64,000 bases of DNA. It comes from Takakia lepidozioides. Lineage: Eukaryota > Plantae > Bryophyta. The notes beneath the pieces were generated by a model that saw only the letters and a list, made by a program, of their open reading frames with translations, did not search any database and was not told the origin of the DNA. Both the position numbers and the translations under genes were made by a program. The DNA lies in contig CM060732.1 of the NCBI GenBank assembly GCA_030704615.1, positions 57,474,001 through 57,538,000 of the forward strand, in the 5' to 3' direction. Shown piece after piece: positions 25,454 to 38,500 of this stretch (position 1 is the first letter of the stretch; each line of letters opens with the position of its first letter).

Positions 25454-28379
25454 CTATTTGTCTGTTCTCCTCAGTCCTGTACTCCCTTCCACTGTGTCAG
25501 ACAAGGGCCGGCCATTGGTCTCTATGGGGAAGAACAAAACGGCAACAGAGGCAAGTAGTGGAACTGCCGAAAAAAGGGACACAGCCAGTCCCTGCTGACA
25601 ACTCCCCACCAGCTCAACTGCTACCAAGGGGCATACAAGGCCTCCCACCCGTGCAAACGTATTCGCAATCCCCAGGCCTGTGGAACGTGAATTTGTTGGA
25701 TAGACCTGCACAAATTCCATTGCCAATAATTCACAAACTGAATTTTTGCCAAACTGAAGTTCACAGTGTGTCCAACAGGCAAGTAAGGGAGAGCAAGAGA
25801 CAGACATGCTCCCACCTCAGGCGCATAGATGTACAGGACAGTGAAGGCTCCCATAATGCATGCCCGTGCTCCAAACAGAAGAAATGTAGTCAAATATTCA
25901 TTCTGCACTTGCACTAATGGTAGAAGAAAAAGGCCACAAAGCGCAAACAGTGCTGCCATGGACCGCTTTCTTCCTAACCGGTCCACAATTGCTGCTGCCA
26001 CAGCTAGCCCAGGAAACTCTGCACCACATGCTCAATGTAAACACAAAATGCTACCAGTCTATGAGAGCACCTAGAAAGGGATACAAGATCAAATACACTG
26101 AGAAGAGAAGAAAACCAACTTTGAACATTCTCAGCTATGCCTTCCTGAACCGAAAGTGCAACAAAAGAAAAAATTGCCAAGATAATCCAAACAGATTGGC
26201 AAGGACTACACCATTGGAGGTGTCAAGGAACATCCCACTTTTACCACATTTAGTTCTCACAGGACAGAGCCAACTTCTACTAGCCTGATTCGGATCATTT
26301 CTGAGTTAACCACTTTACCTGCAATACTCGTTAAAAAAATGTCTCTGTAGAGATTGCTGCCGGAAGAATCTATGGCAGTGGGAGCAGCCATATCCACCCC
26401 ACAAACCCTTCCTCCGCTCAATTCTGATGTGAGCAGCACAAGCCCATAGTATGTGAATGCATTGGCAAAGAACACCGACCAAAGAAGAATTGTGGACGAG
26501 ATCAGGGGTGGTGACAGCAGGGTAGAAAACATAGAAAACACGTCTGCCACAATGAATTTACCCTTCCCCTGTCCAGGAAGCCCCTCCTCCCCATGCTCTT
26601 GCAAAAGGTTCATCTCCTCTATGTCAGTCGAGGGCAAATCCTTAACCACCTGCCCATTCACACTTGCTAAAGTTTGCTCAACTTCCATCCCTCTAGTTGC
26701 GTCCTTGGACCCCACTAGCCTTCCAGCAGGGAGCAACCTGCCGTTCATGCTAGCCATTTTCTGGAGTATTGCGTTTGCTCTCAGGGTCTCCCCTTTGGCA
26801 GCAAGGTATCTCGGAGACTCAGGTACAATAGGGTAAAATAGGAGCAGAATGGCCAGTGGAAATGAAGAGAGGCCTAGAAGCCACCGCCAACCGAGATTCG
26901 GCATCACTGCCTGTGCCCACAGCACACCCCATCCCTTCAGACTCACCCCGTAAAGCAGCCTCAATGCTCACTGGAGACAGGCTGTTACATCTAGAAGGAC
27001 TGTGGGCCAAACAAGGCTACTGCCATAGGCAATATACTATCTCATAGGCACAAAGCCACAGAAGCCACAGTTGATTGCCGATAAATTTCCAAAGAAGTAC
27101 ACCATGGACAAGGCTTTGATGGAAAAAGCCGCACTTGTTCAGTAAAAGCCTGGTATGCACAGGGCCAGATCAGAAATGCAATCTCACCAGAAATCTCAGA
27201 AGGTTACGTGTGCAGGGACACACATAACACGGGCAAAATAACTATAGACAAAGTTAACTGCGTAGTCTGCTAAATGCAAGCTAAAACCTTTTGCTACAAA
27301 GAGATGGAGAAAAAAGAACGGAGAGAGAATATATAATATAAGTGCCATGAGAACAAACCCAAGCCAGTGAGGCCTCAGCAACGGAGCCCAAAGTCCAAAA
27401 AAGAGTCATGATAACCATCCACAAGCCACGGTTCGTAGATGGGATAAACTCCATGAACCATGCTGAAACTACAGGGCCGCCTCCAAGCCCAATACCAACT
27501 AAACCCCGTAGCAGCAGCAGTGTCATATAATTTGGGGACACTGCACTCAATAGGCCTGCCACAAATGTTAAGACCGCTGTCGCAAAGAATCCAAACCTGA
27601 TGACATAAAAGAAGTGATGCATCAGTACATCTGTGACCACTATGCAGTTTGAAGTTAAAATAATTAATACATTCTGGGAATGTTCCCTGCACTCCTGAAA
27701 GGTGGGCCTTGCTCCATTCCAAGATATGGATGACTACCGTTTAGAAAAAAGCCCACTAACTGATTACAGTTCAGTATACTCGACCCTCCAGGCAATCTGA
27801 TGGAACCCCTACTAACAAAGAACCCTGGGGGTGCAATCTGCAGTGTCCCCTCAATGGTAGCCCAGTGGAAAACTCTGGAGTGGAGTACAGGTTGTAAAGT
27901 AGCTGTTGAAACACATGCAGCATCATCATTGGGCTCACTTCCACCGCAGGGCTTTAAGTGCAATCAGCAAGTCCCTAAGCTTGAATGATCCCTGATCGAA
28001 AGAGAAACATTTAAGCAGTATTATTATCAATACCAATCACCTTCGAGATGGGTCCATCATATTTGGTAGCACACGTGAAGAAATACAGGAAAAGGGGGTG
28101 CTACCTCCGGCCTTTCAAGTCAGATAGGACACCCCAAGAATAGGCCCCAATCATCATGCCTGCAAAAACAACGCTTGCTATTGCACTTTCTTGACGGCTT
28201 GACAAATTCCAATCAATCTGGACTGCAGGTCCCACAAATGAAAGCAGCATCATCTCCATAGCTTCTGCTGTCCATGACATGCCTGCATATGCCAGCAGCC
28301 ATCCCTGGTAGGAACCAAATCCCAGCCCCTCGATTGCATCCTCAACTGTAAATGTTGCTCCATCACTGTCATCCTCCAT
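25454..28379 (-). CDS. OCT7: MFS organic cation/carnitine transporter 7-like (SV2-related), five or more exons
   Basis: FTVEDAIEGLGFG.YQ, EAMEMMLLSFVGP, SDLKGRR, WFMEFIP, GWRWLL, PESPRYL, FTYYGLVLL, DRLGRK, YAPE|VYPT..RSTGLG. Exons ~28379-28105, 27596-27361, 26910-26319, 26018-25816, 25705-25454. Confidence 0.9.
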
Positions 28380-29430
28380 CTGGAATAAATATGTGTCATC
28401 AAGCAGAAGTCAAGGGACTTGGGCTCCCCATTCTTAATGCATGCCAGTCCTGGCCAACCCTAAATCTGAAGTAGTTCAAAATTCACCACTCAGCTTGCTC
28501 TGTGACAATCCTACAACTGGATTAGGAACGATTCACTCATGGAGGATCTTGGACTATATCCAAGCAAACAAATGCCAGAGAGGTAGAACACGAACCTTAT
28601 CCAGCTTCGTGAGGGTCAAATCGTCAGGCAGAGGGCGTTGGCTACTGTTACAGACAGCTCCTTGCCTGAGAGATCCTCCATTCAACCTCTCTAATTTTCT
28701 ATTTTGCTGCAGTGTAGCCAGGCTATGTGAGAGCACACTGGTCTCGCTGGACTGCCTTCTTAAAATTGGCTGCATATAGCGACTCCTGGCTGATGGGTTG
28801 AGATACAAATTTGCCTTGGGTGCAGACAAGAAGTTGTTGTAATGTGCAAGATGAAAGTCCCCCAAATGACCAAAATCTGCATGGATGGAGGCTATCTTTG
28901 AATGCAAAAGGAGAGAGCATCGGATGCAGGCAGTAGCTAGCACAGAAGGTGTGAAAGAACATAGAGGATACCCCTGCCCACCCCTCATTAGAGGAAACCT
29001 GTAGCTCTTGCTGTAGCTGGGATAGTATTTGATTTGCTTGGAAACTTGGGAGCTATGCTCACTCTCTTGGGCCTTAGAGGTAAAATTTGACAACTGCTGG
29101 TATCCCACTTCGTAAAAAACAGGCTTTTTAGGAATCAATTCAGACCCAGGACTCTCTCACCAAATCTCCAGAGATTTAATCACCAATTGCACTGTTCTTG
29201 TATTCCCTTCCCAATGGTGGATGCCACCCATACAATGAATTGGCAGCAAATCCTAGCTCAGAATCACAATATCACAAATTCAATGTCTCCCCTTGACCAT
29301 AGCATACTTTTCCCATCGCAATTCAGGAAGGCTACCAACAGCCTTATTTAGGCAGATTAAGGTCTGCAGAATAGAGAGGAAAATAAACAAAGCATGTAGA
29401 AGATGTTGTCTCACAGGTAAGAAAATGGAT

Positions 29431-30111
29431 TCACTTGGAGCCAGGTCGTGGGCAAGGCCATTTCCTCCTCCGATCACTGGAAAAGGACACATGCGTTGTT
29501 TCTATCTTCTGAATAGGGTAACCCACGCGAGCCACAAGGCGGCTTTCATCCACAGGCAAGACGATGGGTAAATTTTGAGAGTAAGATACAAAAGTGTACT
29601 GGCGAACGTTGTCAGGGCCTGTCCTGCAGGATCCCAGACTGGAGTTCGGTCTGCCAAATGCAGGACTGAAGCTTGACCTGCCAAATGTCTGAGCGGAAGT
29701 TGGCCTGCGACACGACGGACGGCACTTATCAGGATTCGGCTGTTCGTGTGTCGAGAAAGACTTCCAAGTGAGCTGAGGAATGCTGTGTGGCACAATCAGC
29801 TTCAATTTCTCTGAAAGAGTGTCGATTTGGTGCGACGTAAGATCTAAAGAGGGATAAAAGGCTTTGACAAACTCGTATGCAGTGCGAGGGGATTGACGAA
29901 CTGTGTTCGGCCGGAAGAGAGGGCTCAATGGTTTTCTTTCACCTGGGTAGTGCAGGTAGGTGGTTGAGCAACCTGCGGCATGGCCTCCTTCCATTGATCT
30001 TTGCCAGAAGGGTTCCTCATCGATGTATCCCACAAGGGTTCGTTCCCAAACAAGTCTGGTTTTGAATGCGACCAATCCCCAGCAACTCCAACAGACTTTT
30101 TGTCTCTTCAC
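29431..30111 (-). CDS. Hypothetical coding exon of unknown function
   Basis: 226-codon open frame of protein-like composition ending at a possible donor (CCAA|GTGAAT). No domain recognised. Confidence 0.3.
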   Translation of the reverse strand: MKRQKVCWSCWGLVAFKTRLVWERTLVGYIDEEPFWQRSMEGGHAAGCSTTYLHYPGERKPLSPLFRPNTVRQSPRTAYEFVKAFYPSLDLTSHQIDTLSEKLKLIVPHSIPQLTWKSFSTHEQPNPDKCRPSCRRPTSAQTFGRSSFSPAFGRPNSSLGSCRTGPDNVRQYTFVSYSQNLPIVLPVDESRLVARVGYPIQKIETTHVSFSSDRRRKWPCPRPGSK

Positions 30112-31175
30112 CAGAAATTGTGTTCAGATCACTTTCCCTTCTTTCAAACTCGGCGGCAATGATTCACATAGCGGACAAATGTTTAAACGAAATAGCTATA
30201 CTAAGGGAGACTGGTTGTGCTTAATCCGTTCAAAGTGCACCTCTAGCCACAAAGAGAACCACAAGGAGAGCAATCGTGAAAGAGGCAGTGTACAACCTTA
30301 CTAATTCATCCCGCTCAAGCAAAGAATTAGGAGACAATGAATTGCAGAGAGTAGATGTCTTCAGAATACAATCTACTGAGCAGAAACCAAGGAGTATTCG
30401 TCACATTGTACCTCAAATGTAATCAGCTTCAAATCTGAACTCCACCCCAAAAAAGAAAATTCAAATCCCTCTTATCAGAGAAACCTAAATTCATGTGTGC
30501 ATTCAGAAACCCCCGAGATTCATTGAGGCACAAAGAGGCAGCTCGTGTTTTGGTCCTAGCAAACACAAGCGTCCACACAGGTGGCCGTCACACAATCTGC
30601 TACACGTCGTCAGGTAGTTAGCCCATCTCACCCATCCTCCATCCTATTTTTTGGTTCATCCTGCTGGATCACTTTCTAACGGTACCGCAAGTAGCAGGTG
30701 TCCTGATTTTCTTTTTGCTTCTTGTTACCCAATTTCAATGGAAGTGCCTCCAGTTTTTGCAGATAGATGAGGGAGGTACTGGCAGCTACCGTTAAAGATC
30801 CATGATTCCATACATTTGCAGCCTCAGTATGATCAGCTTCACAACTAACACTGCTCGAACCTTCTGTAGGACATCTTAACACCGGCTTTTACAGCGAATA
30901 CCCAGGGTTGCACCTTATTTATGCGACTCTGACACCAGTTCATGTCAGACGTATAATCCAGTGTTGGTCTGGTATCTGGGTTTCGCAGGGGCAAAAACCC
31001 GGGCATCAACCCGGGTCTCTCCTAACCTCCTTTTCTCTGTTCCCGTAAACATTTGTAGTACCGGTTATTGAGGGCTGTCCCCCAAATCCTAACAGGCGGC
31101 GGTTAGGGTTCTCCTTTCCCCGGCCCCTTGACTCGTCCCTGCAGGTCTGTTCGGATATCATGTTAATATGGGGGT

Positions 31176-31248
31176 TGGTATCCTATGAGATCGAACCTAC
31201 AACATTCAGATTATGAGCCTGACGAGTTACCAATTACTCTATCCCGCG
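31176..31248 (-). pseudogene. trnfM: Organellar (mitochondrial-type) tRNA-fMet(CAT) relic with non-pairing 3' end
   Basis: Minus strand reads CGCGGGA TA GAGT-AATTGGTA-ACTC G TCAGG-CTCATAA-TCTGA ATGTT GTAGG TTCGATC TCATA GGATACC A. D and anticodon arms pair; the 3' sides of the T and acceptor stems do not. Confidence 0.65.
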
Positions 31249-32515
31249 AACATAATAAAGAGCAAGTTTCCTTGTGGTTTTCTTGAATATTCAAATGGCC
31301 ATCTGAACCGTTCAAATGGCCATTTCAATATTGAATTTGAATTTGAATACTAGAACCATTTTTATTTTATTATTTTTTAATACCATATCCGAGTTCATAT
31401 TTCTAGGTTATTGACATTCAGATACCATTGCTCATATCCGGATTGAATTTTTCTTAAACCATTCTATGCATACCACATTCATACTTGAAAAAATCAGGGG
31501 CTGCATTATTGGAAAACCTACCTGCCTTAAGAAATTCAGCACTGCATACCAGGACCCTTCTGGTATTTCCAATTCAAGATACCACACCAACACTGGTATA
31601 ATCTTCCTCCAACTTCAAGTACAGCGAAAGTTCACTTCAAGAGGCACACAAAAACTATAATACACAACCAGATCAAAAGCTTCAGGCGCTTTGCATCTCT
31701 TATCATGCTTGCAAACCATGCATATTCCTTCCCAATCTACCGGCACAAGTGATCAACAGAACAGCAAGTTCATTGTTGACTCTGCTTCTCCACTGCCCAC
31801 GGGATCTTTGTCGACACAGTGTGTGCGTCTCTGTGTGTTAAATGCTCAAGAGGGAAAGACCAGAATGGGCGATATGAACTCACATACAATTGCATGCCGT
31901 ACCCTACACTGTTGATCCTCAAAACTGACTATTAGTTCATGCCTGCAAATGGGTGTACCAATGGCGACACACTAGTTCGAAGCATTTGCATTGTGAGGGT
32001 CGTGCATGCTCCCTGGGATGCAAGCATTTGGATAGTGACTCAACCAACTGCAGTGATTCCATGCGAGACAAGTAAACTTGAAGAGTGGTGGATCTTTGAT
32101 AACATCTTGCAGAGCCGAAACTGCCAAACTGACATGATACTGTAGACTCTAAGAAAGTTGGCTGCTGCAAGCAAAGTTGTCACTAACATCCACTTGTGCA
32201 TAATCACAACATGAAACATCCCCAGGGTGCACCTGTCTACAGTTGTGCGTCGGTTCATTGGATTGGAGACATTAATGTCAAAATTGCAGGTTTTGTGGCC
32301 ATGGCCAGGGGCAGTTTGACTTCTGGAAGAAATCCATGAGAAATTACTACCTGAAGTAGCACATATGTACCTTTATTCCACAAAACCCATCTTCAAAATT
32401 GTGATAGATTTGGACGACTGAGACTCAAACCTACTTCAACCAAGTCATGTCATGCTGAGGACCATTCAGTATCACTACATTGGACACCAGGCGGATCCCA
32501 CCTTGGTGTTATCAG

Positions 32516-35500
32516 CTAGTCTTTTGGATCTGGTAATGAATACATTTCAACATGAGGAGGTCCTGAAACATCAGTGTGACTGGCAAAAGATAGGTAGACA
32601 TTCCATGCTAGAGCTACCACGTTGGCAAAGGCTACCTGCAACCACCCCCACAAACCTTTACCCATTATTACTGGATCTGTCTTCGGCTGATGTCCCTTCC
32701 TTTCTGCACAGAACCTACCTCCTGCCTTCTTCCCAGGTGAAAGTTCCTTCCAGCAGAAACAAAAATGTCTTTTTTTCTCTCAAAGATAAAATGAACGAAA
32801 ACAGCAGAGGTTGCAAGATGTTGCTCAACTAACAACATTGTTCTTTTCACACGCAACAGAGGCATCAAAGCATGGCCCTGTTGGGTGGACCGTACATCTA
32901 AGCTTGAAGCAATGCAATGATGCATGGTTGCCAACTGACAACATCATACCCTGGTTCGAGGGCAAAGAAGCCCTCTACTGTTTCAAAAGCATGCTGCACA
33001 TCGTGGGCTTGTGGTGAGGCGAAGTTTGATTTGAGCGAATCTATGTTGAAGATGTGAGAGAAAAAGAAAGAGATGTACTGTGGCCACAGGACGCTCAGAA
33101 AGAGATTTGAGACAGAATATTCAGAGGAGGCCTATGCAACAGTAGGACAACAAGAGACCTAAAAAGAGCACATAAGATAGAGGTGTGAGATGGAGACCTG
33201 AAGCTGTTGGGGAATGAAGAGAAAATTGATGAACTGGAATGGGATCCATAGTTTCCAGTTTGCTAAAACTGCGGCGCCCCAATCCTGCATTCCACATTAT
33301 GCACAACATGCCCTTAGTCCCTATCAACCATCAAAGTAGTATATCACTGTGCTAGCCGATCAGTTTGACCTCATCAAGCAATAGAACTAATATAACATCT
33401 GCATGGAAACCAGCTATTATTTATTCAATACTTTTTCCAGGAAAGGGGCAGAGCCCAGATAATTCAAATGACTGGCCATCAAAGCCCCAGAGGATCTCTT
33501 ACCTGCTGAAGCTTTGGGCCAATGTCAGAGGCCCGCCCCTCCAATGTCAACAGCGCCGTGAAAAAGACTGCAATAAATGCAGGTGAAAAGACAAACTGCA
33601 ACCACATTTGATGAATTATACACCAGTACAATCTCTCTCTCTCTCTCTCTCTCTCTTTGGCATTCCGTCCTTAAGCTCCCGACGAGATGAATTCAAGGTC
33701 AGATGGTGGGGTCAGCTGCAACATATGCCCAACACCAGATATCCTAAGTTAATCGACTCTATATCTTGGAAACAGGACCGCCCTGTCAAACAGGCTAAGT
33801 CCTGGCAGAAGAGAGTAGAAGAGATCCTCAAGGACCTGGACCTGGATCCGCAAGTCTTGACCCTGCTGGATAAATCTGACTTAGAGGCTGTAGTGTCCTC
33901 AGCAATGTCTGTTGCCATGAGATTGTCTGATGAAAATGAAGTTAGGCAGAAAACTTCCCTGAACTAATTTCCAGTCTGTGACATGGGGGAGGACATCTTG
34001 GATGACCTCAAGGGTCTACCCACTCTCGGCACTAGACTGAAATTTAAACTCCGGGCAGGAAGCCTACCTTTGAACAGCAAACAGAAGCAGAGAGGAAAGG
34101 GAGAGTGCAATTGCCCGTTGTGTGGGCAATCTGAATACAGTATTCATTTTCTGATACACTGTCCGGGGTTCTCTCACCAAAGAGACGCTCTCTTCAAATC
34201 TATTAAGGGAATTGTGCCTGTACCCCTGTTTACCAACTTTGAAAGTCTCGAGGCTGAGCCAAAAGCCCAGGCCCTCCTGAGGCCTAGTTTTTGGGCAAAT
34301 CACACACAGCAGATTGATGCTTGTGTGAAGGGATTTCTAGAGGATATCTGGAAAACCCGGATTAATTCTTTATATGGAGGTAAGTCTTACTACCAACGTC
34401 AGCCCCTGACAGAGGTAGGTTCTGTCCCTTTTGTTCCCGCTCAAACTGGGCGCGGGGTCAATGGCCACAAGGCTACGGCAAACATCGTCTTATGAGTACA
34501 ATGTCTCTCTCTCTTTTTCCTCGAATGTGGCCAGGTCCCTACTTGCCACTAAAAGTTGTCTGATCCACTTATTCTGTTGAGAACTTTGTCCACATTAGAA
34601 CCCAAAAACAGAATGACTAATTAGGATTTCCCTAGGTCATACCCTACAGCAGCTGCCCACTATTTTAGAAGACCCTGCTAATCTTCTCATTTGGAAGACG
34701 AGCACCAAGAGCTGAAGGGGCAGTCACCTTACTCCTGGACTATGTCTACAATCAAGGTGCTCATCCCGGCTCTGTGAGCACATTGAAGTGCATAGAATGC
34801 CACTCAGTATGGCTACACAAAGAGAGGACGATGTGAGTTTACATCAACTTGACTAGCCCTACTCTGAATCTGTGAATACTATTGCAAGCTTAGGGCTTCT
34901 GCATGTGACCTTGCTTGAGTACATGGCTCTAGTAACACCTTGGGTGCTTACTGATGAGGAGATCACCACCCCTCCCTCTGGAGAGTGGGCTCACATAGGT
35001 GCTTACTGCGAGCTCTGATTACTACAGGCTGAAATGGCTGTAAGTACCTCCCTTCTCTTTGTTAGTATGACCTGCTACAGTGATGACATCGATAACAAGT
35101 GTGAGGTAATTTAATCCTGAGGTTCTACAGACCTTCACCTTCTATTGTTGCTGGGTTTGCTACTAAGGGCAAGAGACAAAGGGAAGTTAAAGCTTTGAGC
35201 ACTTCCAGATATTGGATGACCAAGTGTGTATGCATTCTTTTTTAAATCCACAATCACCTTTGATTGATGGTGGAAAGACGTAAGAGCATGTGGAAACACA
35301 GAAGGGTTTTAGCCTAAGGATTCAAACTATACATGAATTTGCTACCGTTGCTTCTGCTTCCGAGGATATGAAAGTGACAAGCAAACCTTTTTTGCTGTGA
35401 CCTGCATATCTAGTGTGCATCTGATTGCCACTTAGAACACCCTACATCTTAAGATATGCCAGAGGGAGGTATTGAGGCAAATTTCAGTCGAGGCACTTTA

Positions 35501-38500
35501 ATGATGCCTATGAAAAAAGAGGTGGACACGACATGTATTTCATGTTTCTTTGTCTAGCATGGACATGCTTTGTCACTCTCTGTCTGAGCACCTGCACCTC
35601 TGTTCAGCAACTTCTAAAGTCTCGAGGCTGAGACTAAATTCCTGGCACTGTTGGGGAGGCAGATCACACACAGCAAATTGATGCTTGTGTTAAAGGCTTT
35701 CGAGAGGAAATCTGGAAATCAAGAACAAATTGTTTATATCAAGTGAAGTTCCCACTACTGGAGAGAGCCCCTCAACGGAGATAGTATCTGTTCCCTCATG
35801 TTCTGGGCGCTGTAAAGATACTTCACAACAACCGGACAAGGTGTGGCTTTCTTGATGTACGATGTGAAGAAGTTTGTCTGTTCTGAGAATGTGGGCTCTC
35901 CCTGTCAGTGTCATGATTTGGTATTTCTCCTAGTGCTTACTAGGTACTCGGGAGGGTCAACTTGGTCTTATGACGCCGTGTTTATATCCATGGCTGTTCA
36001 GCTTTTCTCACAGACCAATCCGAGATCACCTGACTGTAGACAACCAGCACACACAAGAGGTCCTTTTGGGTTGATGGTCAGTTGAATCCTCTGTGAGTGA
36101 AAGAAAAGCTAGCTGCTTTCAAGACACAAGGTCGAGGACAACGTAGTGAGGGCACCTTCTTCAGTACATTTCAGCCTTTTTTACCCTCTTATCAAAGTTA
36201 TCCCCAATTAATCATGTTCAACTCTGCAAGTTCGCCCGTTCGGTGCATGTATGGTGGTTTGGAGAGTATTGACATGTTACTGCCAATGTGGCAATAGGAA
36301 CGTATCCAAAACCGGTAACAGACATGAGGAAAAGCTTTGGAAGGAATATTTTCCACACCCAGAAAATGGTGGGACAAATGAGGCAAAAAAGGTGAATGCC
36401 TCTTAGATTACAGAGAGAAGCAGACAACAAGATGCAATGCAAAGACTTGTTTGAGATTCTCATCCTTTCTCTCCCCAGCACGTTTTTGAAGTCTTGGGAG
36501 CAATTCAGCATAGGCACTAGTGTGTGATAAGTAAGGTTGGTAGCTGTCATTGTCAGCTGCTAGCAGCAAAGCGACGATCTATGTGCAGAGGCAGGGATAG
36601 CTGAAGGCGCAGGGATATACTGTCGGTCCAAATTCATCCAAGAGGGCCAGATTCCAAGCACAAAATTACCAACGATTCCCCATGGATAGCTACAAGAAAC
36701 CTGCATGGTAGATGGTAAACAGGAAACAGCAGCCGCGGCGGCACAGTTGATAAAATCAGGCACCTTTACAATGACCACAGCTAAGAGGACCAAGAGAGGG
36801 AGTCCACAATGCCTCTTCTGGCACTTCTGGGCATGTGAGGATGCTATGTGAGGCAGAGCGACTCAAAGAGGCTCTACAGACTTTAAAGCCAAGGCGACGT
36901 TTCGGCAGATTCACATACTTATGTCTGTCTCTTGCATAATTGCATCAAGATGAAAGGCCTGGAAGCTGGAAAGCAGGTGCATGCTCACATTATCCAAAGT
37001 ACATTCCAAGCCAAACATTTTTCAACACAACACTCTTGTCAACGTGCATTTTAAGAGCAGGAGGATCACGGATGCTCACCAAGTGTTCAACATAATGTCT
37101 GAACACAGTTTGATCACATGGAATATTATGATTGCCGGATTATCAAGCATGGATGTGGTAAGAATGCCTTGGAGACATAATAGGGTAAGGTGTGCAAGCC
37201 TGGCAGCGCTGGGAAAAGGCCAAGAGGTTCATGGTGTTTTCATCAAAGCACAAACCATACCAGATGTCCTTCTGAACACTCTGCTGATGAAAATGGATGC
37301 CAAAGGCAGAAACATCAAGGATGCAAAGGGAGTGTTCGACAATATGGCTGAACAAGATGTGGAGTGCAATGTCACGGGATATGCCCAGCATGGGTGTGGG
37401 ATGGAAGCTTTGTAGACCTATTGGGTGAAGCCCGACTACATCACATTTGTTTGTGTTTGCCATGTGTGTGAGCCTGGTAGCCCTGGAAAGGACAAAGGTG
37501 ACATTGTCAAAGCTGGAAATGTACTGGATGTTATTCTGAACATTGCCCTAGTGGCCATGTATGACAAATGTGGAATCATGGGCATGTGCAAAGAGAGCGT
37601 TCAACCTTGTGGGCAAAGTTGATGTGGTGTACTGGAGTGCCATGATCGCAGGATGTGCACACCAGGGTGGGATGGAGGCTTCGGAGACCCATGAGCAAGT
37701 GATGTGGGAACGGGTGAAGCCCAACCACATCATGTTTGTTTGGCTTTGCAATACGGTAAATGTCTTCTACAAACATTCTTTAACCCATTGCCACAAAACA
37801 GCCCGACTTTCAGTTATCTGCAGCTCTGTAGCTATCAAGCTCATCATCTCAACCATAACCAAGCTCATCAAGCTCAACAGTGGGAAGAAATCAAGACACA
37901 TAGTCCTTGGACTTTCTTGTGTGCACCGGAGGCCAGCCAGCTTGATTCACGAAGACCAACAAAGAACAAGAATGCACTCATAAGACGTTGTTTGCCGTAG
38001 CCTTGTGGCCATTGACCCCGCACTCAGTTTGAGCGGAACACAAAGGTACAGAAACTACCTTTGTCAAGGGCTGAAGCCGGTGGTATGACTTACCTTGGAA
38101 CAGACTATTCATCCGGGTTTTCCAGATATCCTCTAGAAATCCCTTCACACAAGCATCAATCTGCTGTGTGGTTTACCCAATAACTAGGCCCCAAGGTGAT
38201 GATGTTCAAGATGATTAGACACGTAATCAGAATCACCTAATAATTCTTGCACAAAAGTGTACCCATCCCTTCGATTGATAGTACATGCAGCTTATTTCTA
38301 TGATCAATGGTCTTGCAATAATCTCTCCCTCTGTCTCGCGCCAGGTTTGTTTATCTTGAGATCAGAGCAAACTATCGTGGGCACTCTCAAAGATGGCTCG
38401 CCCTTGGCAGAGGCAAAAGAGCACCAGAAGTGCAGAGCGTTTGAGGTTTTTCTTGACAGCTCGCAACTTGTAGGTAGTTCGATTTAAGTTACTGCAGTCC

